The notes under the pieces are model-generated. The model was not told the DNA's origin. It did not search any database and saw only the letters and a program-made list of their open reading frames with translations. From IMG/VR virus record IMGVR_UViG_3300020463_001507: DNA of 64,000 bases, one strand, 5' to 3'. The position numbers were made by a program, and so were the translations under genes. Each line of letters opens with the position of its first letter. Positions within the stretch are counted from its first letter, which is position 1. Of this stretch, positions 19,201-27,682 are shown piece by piece. Origin of the DNA: an uncultured virus (IMG/VR IMGVR_UViG_3300020463_001507) (taxonomy: Duplodnaviria; Heunggongvirae; Uroviricota; Caudoviricetes).

Positions 19201-19388
19201 AACAAAACATTGGTTTTTGATCCTTTAACTTTTTTACTGAGGGTAGGTGGCCGCCCATCTTTACCAAGTTTGTTACCAAACTTAGCCGCCTGTCTCTTCG
19301 TTTCTCCAGGCTTTACATCCGCGGTAGTATTTTGTTTAGTAATCCTACCTACGCCGTATTCTTTAACTTTTAAATCTTTAAATTTCAT
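16230..19388 (-). CDS. cca: multidomain polyprotein: HExxH zincin, HAD 5'(3')-nucleotidase, ParB/Srx-like domain, CCA-adding tRNA nucleotidyltransferase and basic modules
   Basis: Start MKFKDL at 19388 (ATGA overlap). Motifs AHELIH; YVDMDGVLADF and ILIDD; IINGHHR; VGGAVRD, DVDLAT, RRDLTYNAM, EDYLRILR. Confidence 0.9.
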   Translation of the reverse strand: MKFKDLKVKEYGVGRITKQNTTADVKPGETKRQAAKFGNKLGKDGRPPTLSKKVKGSKTNVLFNLGLAETNRKRNLVDFVNFCKEQLSLKNSPPIKFVSDTEDTTFGYFDNDNKNIVVQNTGRHQMDVMRTVAHELIHYKQDQMYDRDLNGEDGSPDENQANALAGVILRRWGQKNPTLFTESVDENTQSSVYFTNMQEELGEIGKTTEIYVDMDGVLADFFGEWTKLMQVDHWSQIDNDGLAGALQKIRDTNEFWLKLPMLPQARELLSLIKNIKGEYNICSSPLADDPNSEPHKREWIKNNLSFFPPKNVYITTNKSQFAKNKDGTPNILIDDFGRNVREWESAGGIGFKYKDHKFERTAKQLQKHISENKYADLGHKKPKNLEVDLKLPNGDKKVLRAADKDHIRGLVVRSNADGSYDSYYWYNDPTRKVPIEITIDGKSVAKDAKNIHWKFHPELNEEKMSKKDIKSAHKTADKILDKPKAKSSIAKWAKEKGMDPEGAVYAIATNMQKKKTETYSRRQLPQLKLKQLKEKNFPYQIVPVLLKNIIPIQKERIKENYKKQLKNIRKGVFNPIVVDSENKIINGHHRYDVIKEIGMKEVSVVKLPITIENLLEKLDQKKNLDSLITPQLKSLHKIFKQNNHEIRVVGGAVRDIALGKQPKDVDLATDATPDEMIEMFKKASIRHIPTGIEHGTITAVIDKEPYEITTLRADVETDGRRAKVKFVRNWKADAQRRDLTYNAMSLDFDGKIHDYFNGMNDLQNKVSKFVGDPEERIKEDYLRILRYFRFQGRLDKPVWEDDVTEAIKKNAKGLTSISSERIWQEMSKILSGNNIKDILNYMGKTGIGKQIDLPVKNASKTVDNDNEIINLARLVDNDALAKKWKLSKDEHTTLLTLVNNKNKKLTQKTAEDLLVDGKNKEILAKLAILQDNAELATYIQNFNPPQFPVTGNDLIAMGYKSGPELGQTLNKVKSAWKQSNFTANKDDLLQNLKENFADGKKKGKSRPGRVKKSGASCKGSVTSLRAKAKKASGERAKMYHWCANMKSGRKKS

Positions 19389-19624
19389 GCCTGTGTTCCG
19401 CTTATAAGCACCTTTAGTCTGTCTTTTGATACACAATATATGTTTTCAACATCTCTTTCTGGATACACACTCTTAGCTTTCTGTACTAACGTAATTGTAT
19501 TAGATTGTACAAATTGAATACATTGTTGTGATTGTTTAAAGTCGGGATCTTCTATTACATATAGATCTGTTTCTGATGCACCTTGGCCAGTGACCATAGC
19601 AATTACAATTAAAAATACTTTCAT
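19385..19624 (-). CDS. hypothetical exported protein
   Basis: Hydrophobic N-terminus and two Cys residues. Confidence 0.65.
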   Translation of the reverse strand: MKVFLIVIAMVTGQGASETDLYVIEDPDFKQSQQCIQFVQSNTITLVQKAKSVYPERDVENIYCVSKDRLKVLISGTQA

Positions 19625-19839
19625 TTTTTTCTTCCTCTAAATTGAACTGCCCCTGTCATGTACGGTTTACTAAACCATAATTTAAACCAGTCTGGATCTC
19701 CTGGTCTAAGCCCTAATTTTTTTTCTTTCTTTTTTATACCTGCCGCTGTTATACTTGGATTCTCGTCAATTTGATATTCTGTGTAACCTTTGAATTCGTT
19801 TACACCAGCTAGTTTTTTGATGTATGCTAGTTCGTCCAT
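19621..19839 (-). CDS. small putative head-associated protein
   Basis: KKLAGVNE motif and PGDPDWFKLWF. Confidence 0.65.
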   Translation of the reverse strand: MDELAYIKKLAGVNEFKGYTEYQIDENPSITAAGIKKKEKKLGLRPGDPDWFKLWFSKPYMTGAVQFRGRKK

Positions 19840-19843
19840 CTAT

Positions 19844-20626
19844 CTAGCCTCGTTTTGCTATAATGTCTAATGCTTGTTTTACAGCTCTATTTGCGTCAAC
19901 TGGTTTGATATCAGGAAATTTCTTCATTAATAATATTTTGGTTCTTTTGTCGCCATAGCGTCTAATATTTTTTATTACAAATGGAATATATTTTTCTTCC
20001 ATTTCATCACCAGAAAAACTAATTAAATCAAATATTCCTTCTTCTACAGGATCTATGCCCATAATGCCTTGTAGTTTTTTAAACATTTCTTTAGCATATG
20101 GTTGTGCTGACTGCGTTACACCTTCCATAAATCCTTCAAGATTATTATTTTGTACATATTCACGCATTTTTGTGCCACTCATACCAGAGGCATCTGCGGC
20201 ACTTGCATCTCTTGGTAATTGGACTACTCTAATACTATTAAATTTATAATCGTGCAGATCTTTTGGAACACCATTGTAGTCTTTAATGAGTTTTGAAAGA
20301 GGAAATGGCTTTTCTGGATCAACGCCTTCTAAATATACTACATCTTTGTAGCCCATTTTGTAAAGTCTATCAGCAGCAATTAGCACAGTTTTTGCAAGCC
20401 CAATGCTTATACCGTTGAAGCTTTTACGAGCCCAATCTAATTTATCTTGTGATGTAAGTGGATCTTTAGGGAGTTTAGGAGCACGATCAGTTAGAAACAG
20501 AAAAGAATCACCTTCTTCTTTTTTAATTGCATCTACGAGAAGTTCATGTCCGATTGTTGCTGGATTTAATCTACCTAATGCAAAAGAAGCTGTTTTATTT
20601 TTCCCTGTAACTTCATAGATTTTCAC
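19844..20626 (-). CDS. HxGH nucleotidyltransferase (cytidylyl/NMN adenylyltransferase-like)
   Basis: GRLNPATIGH and GMSGTKMR; leader MKIYEV. Confidence 0.8.
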   Translation of the reverse strand: MKIYEVTGKNKTASFALGRLNPATIGHELLVDAIKKEEGDSFLFLTDRAPKLPKDPLTSQDKLDWARKSFNGISIGLAKTVLIAADRLYKMGYKDVVYLEGVDPEKPFPLSKLIKDYNGVPKDLHDYKFNSIRVVQLPRDASAADASGMSGTKMREYVQNNNLEGFMEGVTQSAQPYAKEMFKKLQGIMGIDPVEEGIFDLISFSGDEMEEKYIPFVIKNIRRYGDKRTKILLMKKFPDIKPVDANRAVKQALDIIAKRG

Positions 20627-20952
20627 GTGTAATCGCCTTTTCGAATATTTTCAGTTTCTTCGTCGTTAATTTTTTGTAGTAAATTTGTTCTATCTTCTGC
20701 TGTAAAAACTTCTTCAGAATTACGTCCTACATTATATTTTTTTACATAAGCATCACAGCCTTTTTCTATCATAGGTGTAAGATATTTTTTTGGATCCGTA
20801 TCTTGACCTGCACGTTGACAATCAGCTAATTCGCATACAGCTGGATAATAAAATTTCCTATAAAATACAGGATCATTACGCATGAATACTAATGTATCGT
20901 CTACTACGTCAAATGGCAAATCTTCTTTGTCTGTAAATTCATTTAATCTCAT
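20623..20952 (-). CDS. hypothetical protein
   Basis: 109 aa; leader MRLNEF; FYRKFYYP motif. Confidence 0.7.
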   Translation of the reverse strand: MRLNEFTDKEDLPFDVVDDTLVFMRNDPVFYRKFYYPAVCELADCQRAGQDTDPKKYLTPMIEKGCDAYVKKYNVGRNSEEVFTAEDRTNLLQKINDEETENIRKGDYT

Positions 20953-20953
20953 A

Positions 20954-23863
20954 TTATTTTGCCTTTTTAATTATGAATTTTCCTTTGTCATCATACATTT
21001 CTCCGTATGTTCTAAAGGTATAGCTTCCACCTCTTATGCCTCTACTTGTTTTTCTTCCTATATAATTAGAAGGCAAAGTATGTGGAACTTTTATTCTTCG
21101 TAAATGGCTCCAATAATAGTCGTCACCGTCTTGATTTTTTAAATTAATTTCACTACCTATGTATCTTCGTAAATCTGTATTTTTATCATTTTTATCTAAG
21201 GCTTTAAAAAATTTATCAACCTGTGCGTATTGTGCAGGTGTTTTAATTTTACTTAGAGCATCTCCTATAGCTTCTTCATCTGTGCCAAGTCGATCGCCTG
21301 CATCAAAAATCTTAGTTGCCAATTTATTCATATAGTCATTTTGGTTTTTACTGAATGTTGCAGGTTTCTCATCATCAGCTGTCGTATCATCTGGATCTTC
21401 TTCTGATCCAACATCATCTGTTGATGTATCATCAGGTTTTTTGTCAGTAGATGTACTACTGTCAGCGGGTTTGCTATCAGTGGTTTGACTACCAGCTGCA
21501 ACACGTTTATCATATTCGGCTTTAGTAGGCAAGTTACTTGGACCGCCTCCTCTACCTTTGCTTACCTCGTTACCATCTTTATCATATGTAACATATCTTC
21601 TACCTTGACCAGAACCTTTAACTTCTTTATATACTGCAACAACTTTGTCACCGCCTGTTTGTGCGGCTTGGTTGCTTGGATCTGAGCCTTCAGGATTAAT
21701 AATTTCTAAAGCGTCTTTAGCTTTTTTACTTCCTGCTTCTGCTCTTCGCTTTAATTCTTTTTCTAGTTGTGCTTCCCAATGTGATCCTAGTACTGCAACT
21801 TTTTGTCCTTGTTGTAGTTTTTCATCTTTGAAAAATACCCAAGCAATATTATTATTTGCTTCGTTCTTTTCTACTTTAGTGACACTTACATAATAACTTG
21901 TACCCTTCCAGTTGAACTTAATAGCATCTTCTAATTTTTGTTCTTCTGGCGGAGCAACACCGTTACGTAAATCTTTCTTTGCATCTGCTTTACGTTGATC
22001 AGCGTCTGACTTTTGTCCGCCATCTTTGTTTGGATTATTATCTTGTCCTTGTGCCGGCGGAGTATATTTTTTAGGATTATCATTACCCATCATGTGTCCT
22101 ATAGTTTCTGGACCTGCATCACCGTCTACTTTTAATTTATTTCTTTTCTGATATGCTGAAACAGCATCTCTAGTTGTTTGATCGTACTTACCAGTAACTG
22201 GAATACCTAAATAACGTTGTAATTCATCAATAGCTAGTTGTTCATCAGGATCGTTAGCAAGACCACCTTTGCCTGATTTAGAAAAATCAGCTAATGGATT
22301 GCCTGGAACATTAAGTCTACTAGTCTTCTTATCAGCTTTTGATTTTCCACTTGCACTTGCTACAGCCTTGTGTCTTCTTACGTATGGACTTGCTTTACGT
22401 AATGCATCATTTGCAATACGGGCATTTGCATCACTTACCTTTGGTATTAATAATTCAATATCTGCAACCAGTTCTGCAATAGCTTTGTCTGCGGCTACAT
22501 CTTCAAATATATAATTGTTGTGTAACCTACGCATCAATATTTTTTTATTTTCAGCTACAGCACCTCTTGGTTCAGGATTATTTCTCATTAATTCACGTAG
22601 CTGTTTTAATTTGTCAAACAAAAGTTGACTAGCTTCTTTGCTAGATAAATCTGCAAATTTGTTTGCATCGGTACCAGCATCTATTCCGCTTTTGTTTCCA
22701 GCACCTGAAGATCTTTCTGCGTCAGTTTTACCGTCACCTGACAAGTCTCCTTTAATTTTTCCAGAAGTTGCAGCCTTTTGTGCGGCTACAATAGCATTGA
22801 CTTCTTTCATGTCATCTGGTCGATTAGCAAATGCTTTTTGAATTTTTTCTAATTTACTATCAGGTACTAACCCTACTTTTGCAAGAATCATATAGGATTT
22901 TAAACTTGTACCAGCTGCAGAGGATGGTCCGCCAGCATCAAATCCACCGCCTTCATCATCTTGTGTTTGTTCTGCCATATAAATGAAATTGCCTTTGGAA
23001 TTGAATAATCCTGGTAATTGCATTTTTTCAGCCGCATTGGCCAATACAAATTTCACACGCCAATCTTTGTTTCTTGCAAAACGTTTAAATCCTTGGAATG
23101 CCTTACTTACAATATTAGCATCATCAGCTGCTGATTTTGTTTCAGAAGCAATAGCGGCTCTTTCCATAGCATCTACGTCAGCTAGTGTTATTCCTGGCTT
23201 GGCATATTGATTGACAATAGCCATTAGAGCATCTTTACTACCAGGTTCTGGACCTACACCTGGTTGGCCTTTTGGTTTAGTATCTGGTTTTTTATCTCCA
23301 CCTGTATCTATACTTCCATCTTTCTTAAATGTTGCACCTTGCACACCACCTTTAGCTTTCATTGGCGTAATAACCTTGCCACCTTGCTGTGTGATTTTTG
23401 CTTGATAGGTTTTTAATTGTGCTGGTGTACCATGTATTCTTGCTTTTACACCACTTGGACTTTGTACTTCGATTGAAGGTAAGGATTGGTCAATGTTAAA
23501 GTTTACTAAACTTCCATTTGAACTAATTTGTTTTAGTGCAATAGGTGCTTCGTTTACGCTATGCCAATCAGTGTTTTCTAATGTATTTTCATCTTGTGGG
23601 TCGGAACTAATTTCTATATCAAAATCATTATACCCAAGATTAAACATATTCTCTGACAAGTTGTGTGCAACTACATCTGACTCCATTGCATTTAATTGGT
23701 TTGGTATTTCTAGTTTTAGAATGATATTTTGATCATCGCTTTCAAATATACCGTAGTTTGGTTCGCTTTCTTGTAAATGTTCACTTGCAGATGATATCAT
23801 TTTATCCATGATAGCTTTTTTAGCTTTTCTGCCAGGAATAGATACACTTATAAAATTTTCCAT
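20954..23863 (-). CDS. large modular virion or ejection protein with a peptidoglycan-binding domain and an annexin-like C-terminal module
   Basis: ELQRYLG..TGKYDQTTRDAVSAYQKRNKLKVDGDAGPET (PG_binding_1-like); LGTDEEAI; low-complexity linkers. Confidence 0.7.
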   Translation of the reverse strand: MENFISVSIPGRKAKKAIMDKMISSASEHLQESEPNYGIFESDDQNIILKLEIPNQLNAMESDVVAHNLSENMFNLGYNDFDIEISSDPQDENTLENTDWHSVNEAPIALKQISSNGSLVNFNIDQSLPSIEVQSPSGVKARIHGTPAQLKTYQAKITQQGGKVITPMKAKGGVQGATFKKDGSIDTGGDKKPDTKPKGQPGVGPEPGSKDALMAIVNQYAKPGITLADVDAMERAAIASETKSAADDANIVSKAFQGFKRFARNKDWRVKFVLANAAEKMQLPGLFNSKGNFIYMAEQTQDDEGGGFDAGGPSSAAGTSLKSYMILAKVGLVPDSKLEKIQKAFANRPDDMKEVNAIVAAQKAATSGKIKGDLSGDGKTDAERSSGAGNKSGIDAGTDANKFADLSSKEASQLLFDKLKQLRELMRNNPEPRGAVAENKKILMRRLHNNYIFEDVAADKAIAELVADIELLIPKVSDANARIANDALRKASPYVRRHKAVASASGKSKADKKTSRLNVPGNPLADFSKSGKGGLANDPDEQLAIDELQRYLGIPVTGKYDQTTRDAVSAYQKRNKLKVDGDAGPETIGHMMGNDNPKKYTPPAQGQDNNPNKDGGQKSDADQRKADAKKDLRNGVAPPEEQKLEDAIKFNWKGTSYYVSVTKVEKNEANNNIAWVFFKDEKLQQGQKVAVLGSHWEAQLEKELKRRAEAGSKKAKDALEIINPEGSDPSNQAAQTGGDKVVAVYKEVKGSGQGRRYVTYDKDGNEVSKGRGGGPSNLPTKAEYDKRVAAGSQTTDSKPADSSTSTDKKPDDTSTDDVGSEEDPDDTTADDEKPATFSKNQNDYMNKLATKIFDAGDRLGTDEEAIGDALSKIKTPAQYAQVDKFFKALDKNDKNTDLRRYIGSEINLKNQDGDDYYWSHLRRIKVPHTLPSNYIGRKTSRGIRGGSYTFRTYGEMYDDKGKFIIKKAK

Positions 23864-23873
23864 AGTTCCGTCC

Positions 23874-24215
23874 TTAATGATTTAATAGTATGCTTTGTAC
23901 TGTCCCGTCTGTATATGTTACTATAGCCCTAACCCAAACATAATTTCCTGTAAAATTTTTAAAAAATGCTCCGTTAGAACCTGTACTTTCAGTGCCTGTA
24001 ATATCAAAATAATCAGCTTCAGCAGGTGTAGTGGCTAATGTACCTTGCATTTTAATTGTACCACTAAATCCGGAAACATTATATTGAACAGTATGAAATC
24101 CATCTGCTCTACCATAATATCCGTCACCTTTAAACTTACTTCCTGTGACTGTTTCGCTTGTACTGTCTCCAGGATGCACTTGATTAGATAGTATTATTTC
24201 GCTATAACTCGGCAT
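23874..24215 (-). CDS. small beta-rich virion protein
   Basis: 113 aa, beta-strand rich, TAAATA five nucleotides upstream of the ATG. Confidence 0.65.
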   Translation of the reverse strand: MPSYSEIILSNQVHPGDSTSETVTGSKFKGDGYYGRADGFHTVQYNVSGFSGTIKMQGTLATTPAEADYFDITGTESTGSNGAFFKNFTGNYVWVRAIVTYTDGTVQSILLNH

Positions 24216-24219
24216 ACTA

Positions 24220-24897
24220 TTATTTATCCTTAACCGCTTTGTATACTATATTGTCAATACGTGCTATTTGTGAGCCTATCATTAGTAATACAAGCGATAA
24301 TATTTTCTCATCTTTTATATATAAGTAGAATCCCCTTACATATTGACCTTTTTTAATGCTTTCCAAGCAGGTATTTCCTACTTTTACTTTCGTAGAATTA
24401 TTAATTATCCAATTATAAAATTTAGGGTCTACTTTATTATTGAGTGTTACTTTGTAAGAATTGTGGTATTGTTTGTCGTTGGTAAGAATAGTATTTTTCT
24501 GCAATAGATGCATGTATTTTTTATCAGGTGACCAAAACTCGGTATATGTTAAAGGCTTAGTTTTTAGATATTGAAGCCACTTCTTATCATTAGAATATAT
24601 TGCCATATTAGGACTTTCTATCCTAATTTTATATTTTTGTTGATTGTCTAATTCTGTAAGTAAAAACTTTGCACCCACGAACTGCTCAACTGTAATGTGA
24701 AATTGAGCCTGATCTAATTTTAGCTGATCGCCGTTTTCATACTTTGATTGTAGTATATCAAGCTGTTGTCTAGCATATGTAAAATTTTGTCCTCTAAATA
24801 TAGAAACAAGATTGTTACGTACTACTAATTTATATAGGTATTCATTGTAAAATAACTTGGTGGTTTCTTTTTCACGTATAAAATAATTTGTAGTCAT
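24220..24897 (-). CDS. hypothetical protein
   Basis: 225-aa ORF with KLFYNEYLYK. Confidence 0.7.
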   Translation of the reverse strand: MTTNYFIREKETTKLFYNEYLYKLVVRNNLVSIFRGQNFTYARQQLDILQSKYENGDQLKLDQAQFHITVEQFVGAKFLLTELDNQQKYKIRIESPNMAIYSNDKKWLQYLKTKPLTYTEFWSPDKKYMHLLQKNTILTNDKQYHNSYKVTLNNKVDPKFYNWIINNSTKVKVGNTCLESIKKGQYVRGFYLYIKDEKILSLVLLMIGSQIARIDNIVYKAVKDK

Positions 24898-24909
24898 AAT
24901 TAATGCTAT

Positions 24910-25344
24910 CTAAATTGAGGGACATATTGTTATATCTTTTACTCTATGTGGTTGCTCGATAATCCAATTTATTACTGAACAACAGTAATCAATACTCATT
25001 TTATTTTCTTTGACTTTTTTGACTCTTGGACTATCAAAATAACCAAATCTAATAATTGTAGTATTTAACCCTTGATAAAAAAGTTGACTATTTGCTTTAT
25101 CTAAAGCTGATTTTTCTATTGCATATATATGAGGTTTATTTTTATCTTGATCTGGAGAATTGGAACCTATATTAATAATTTTTTTATTTAATCTCGCAGC
25201 TTCATATAAAAGTTCAACTTGTTTAAATCCGTCATGTTTACAATTTATGAAAATATCACAATCTTCAAGTGATTCGCAGTTCCCATAAATATTTACTAAT
25301 TTTGCACCTAATCCTCGACGAGTGCCAGTAATAAAATATTTCAT
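24910..25344 (-). CDS. minimal short-chain dehydrogenase/reductase-like protein
   Basis: ITGTRRGLG, IINIGS and YAIEK (YxxxK) in only 144 aa. Confidence 0.75.
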   Translation of the reverse strand: MKYFITGTRRGLGAKLVNIYGNCESLEDCDIFINCKHDGFKQVELLYEAARLNKKIINIGSNSPDQDKNKPHIYAIEKSALDKANSQLFYQGLNTTIIRFGYFDSPRVKKVKENKMSIDYCCSVINWIIEQPHRVKDITICPSI

Positions 25345-25367
25345 GTCAAAGTAATTTATTTCTACTT

Positions 25368-27611
25368 TTATTCATTTATTGTACTAACTTTCTTCTTGAT
25401 CGGCTTTGCTTTGAATATCAGTTCATTTTCTTTTATGTCTATATGCACATTACCACCGTTTTTCAAATTTCCAAATAACAATTCTTTAGAAAGAGGACGT
25501 TTTATATCCTGATCGATGACTCTTTGTAATGGTCTAGCACCTAACTTAGCATCAAATCCTTTGTCTACTAGATAATCTAATGCTTCATCTGCAATAGTTA
25601 TTTTGATGTTTTTATCTTTGACCATATCCTTTAATGCAACTAAAAATTTACCTACAATTTTCATCATTGTTTCTTTTGAAAGTTTTGAAAATGTAATTGT
25701 TGCATCTAATCTATTCCTAAATTCTGGTGCAAAGAACTTTTTAAGATCAGCATCTTCATACACTCTTTCTAAGTCGTTGCCAAATCCTAAGTTGTTTTTC
25801 TCAGCATCTTTAGATCCAAGATTGGTTGTTAATATTAAAATACAATTCCTTGCATCTGCTTCTTTACCGTTAGAACCAGTAATTTTTCCGTTATCCATTA
25901 CTTGTAATAGTAATTGAGACACGTCTGGATGTGCTTTTTCTATTTCATCTAAAAGCAATACACAGTTTGGATTCTCTTGTAATCGTTCAATTAGCAAGCC
26001 GCCTTTTTCTTCGTGTCCTACATAACCAGGAGGCGAACCAATTAACTTAGCTACACTATGCCTTTCTTGATATTCACTCATATCAAATCTTACTAAATTT
26101 ACTCCTAGGTGCTTGGCAAGTTGTTTTGCAGTTTCTGTTTTACCAGTACCAGTTGGGCCCATAAACACAAAACTTCCTACAGGTTTATCATCAGATTTCA
26201 ATCCAGCTTGTGCAATTAATATTTTGTCTACAATTGATACGATAGCTTCGTCTTGTCCGTACACTTCTTTTTTGATATTATTTTCTAAGTTAGATAAATT
26301 TTCTGTTTCTCTTTCTGCTACTTGTTCTGCAGGAATTTTGACTACCTTTGATAGTTCAAACTGAATCTGGCTTGCAGTTACAATTTTTTTATCTGGCATA
26401 CTCAAATTAAACCTTGAACAAGCAAGATCAATTAAGTCAATTGCTTTGTCAGGTAATTTTTTATCTGGTTGATATTTGACACTCAATTTGATTGCTTCAT
26501 CAATTGCATCTTCCTTAATTTCTGTGCCGTGATAATCCTCATAGTATTTTTTAATACCTTGTAAAATATCTTTTGTTACTGCTGACGTTGGTTCATCAAC
26601 TGCAACACGCTGGAACCTACGCATCAAAGCACGATCACTTTCAAAGTGTTTACGATATTCTTCCCATGTTGTAGAAGCAACAACTTTAATTGTGCCTTTA
26701 GATAAAGCTGGCTTCAGCATATTAGCTAAGTCGTTAGAACCACCTGCTCCCGCTGTACCTGCTCCACTTATCATGTGTGCTTCGTCGATGAACATAATTG
26801 TTTTACCTTTGCGTCTTAGTCCAGCTAAGACTAATTTAAAACGTTCTTCAAAATCACCACGATATTTAGATCCTGCCAACATTGCGCCAATATCTAACAT
26901 GTACACATTATATTCTTTTAAAAATTCTGGAACTGCTTGGTTAACAATATTCCAAGCTAAACCTTCTGCAATAGCAGTTTTACCAACGCCTGGATCACCT
27001 ACAAGTAAAACATTATTTTTAGTTCTTCTACCCAATGCTAATGAAATAGATTCAAGTTCATCTATTCTTCCAATCACAGGATCAATTTTGTTTCTGGAAA
27101 CTTCTTCATTAAGATTAGTTGTGAATGCGTTCAATGCCCTTTGGCTTGCATTTCCATTTTCTAAATCATCTTGTCCTAACTCTGCTTGTACGTATTCGCT
27201 AAATTTATCTTTTTCAACTCCACTTTGATCTAGATAAAATGCCGCATGAGACTTCTTTTCTGACAATATACTTAATAAAACATCACTTAGTGTTATATGC
27301 GGCCTGCCAGCAAACAAAACCTGTGTAAAAGCTCTATTCAACACTCTTTCTACTGTCTGTGTTTTTTTAGGCTTATAACGAGAACCTTTCTCCATGATAA
27401 TTTCTGTTAATCCTGTTTTCAAATATTGTTCAATTTGAGCTTTCATGTCGTCAATTTGACATCCGTATCCTTTTAATAGATTGTAAAAGGCCTCGGAACA
27501 TAACATAGAAAACAGCAAGTGTTCTAATGTAACATATTCGTGATTCAGTTTTTTTGCGTCTTTAATTGCTTTATCAAAAACCAATTGTAATTCTTCGTTA
27601 GGTTCTACCAT
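25368..27611 (-). CDS. clpA: ATP-dependent Clp protease ATP-binding subunit ClpA
   Basis: Clp N-domain, two Walker A motifs (GDPGVGKT, GPTGTGKT), no ClpB M-domain, LGF ClpP-docking loop. Confidence 0.95.
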   Translation of the reverse strand: MVEPNEELQLVFDKAIKDAKKLNHEYVTLEHLLFSMLCSEAFYNLLKGYGCQIDDMKAQIEQYLKTGLTEIIMEKGSRYKPKKTQTVERVLNRAFTQVLFAGRPHITLSDVLLSILSEKKSHAAFYLDQSGVEKDKFSEYVQAELGQDDLENGNASQRALNAFTTNLNEEVSRNKIDPVIGRIDELESISLALGRRTKNNVLLVGDPGVGKTAIAEGLAWNIVNQAVPEFLKEYNVYMLDIGAMLAGSKYRGDFEERFKLVLAGLRRKGKTIMFIDEAHMISGAGTAGAGGSNDLANMLKPALSKGTIKVVASTTWEEYRKHFESDRALMRRFQRVAVDEPTSAVTKDILQGIKKYYEDYHGTEIKEDAIDEAIKLSVKYQPDKKLPDKAIDLIDLACSRFNLSMPDKKIVTASQIQFELSKVVKIPAEQVAERETENLSNLENNIKKEVYGQDEAIVSIVDKILIAQAGLKSDDKPVGSFVFMGPTGTGKTETAKQLAKHLGVNLVRFDMSEYQERHSVAKLIGSPPGYVGHEEKGGLLIERLQENPNCVLLLDEIEKAHPDVSQLLLQVMDNGKITGSNGKEADARNCILILTTNLGSKDAEKNNLGFGNDLERVYEDADLKKFFAPEFRNRLDATITFSKLSKETMMKIVGKFLVALKDMVKDKNIKITIADEALDYLVDKGFDAKLGARPLQRVIDQDIKRPLSKELLFGNLKNGGNVHIDIKENELIFKAKPIKKKVSTINE

Positions 27612-27653
27612 TCTTAAATGTTATCCTTATCTTTGAAAAGTATTTTATAGTAC

Positions 27654-27682
27654 ATTATATATTTAACTTAATTATTTGTCAA
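27654..27682 (-). promoter_or_regulatory. sigma70-type promoter upstream of clpA
   Basis: TTGACA-17 nt-TATAAT. Confidence 0.8.

Noticed and set aside
19389..19436. ORF-track upstream starts for the polyprotein, and likewise for the epimerase, PMM, dioxygenase and Zn-ribbon ORFs
   Set aside because: The extensions mostly overlap neighbouring genes. The downstream starts have SD sites, stop-start coupling or an adjacent promoter motif.
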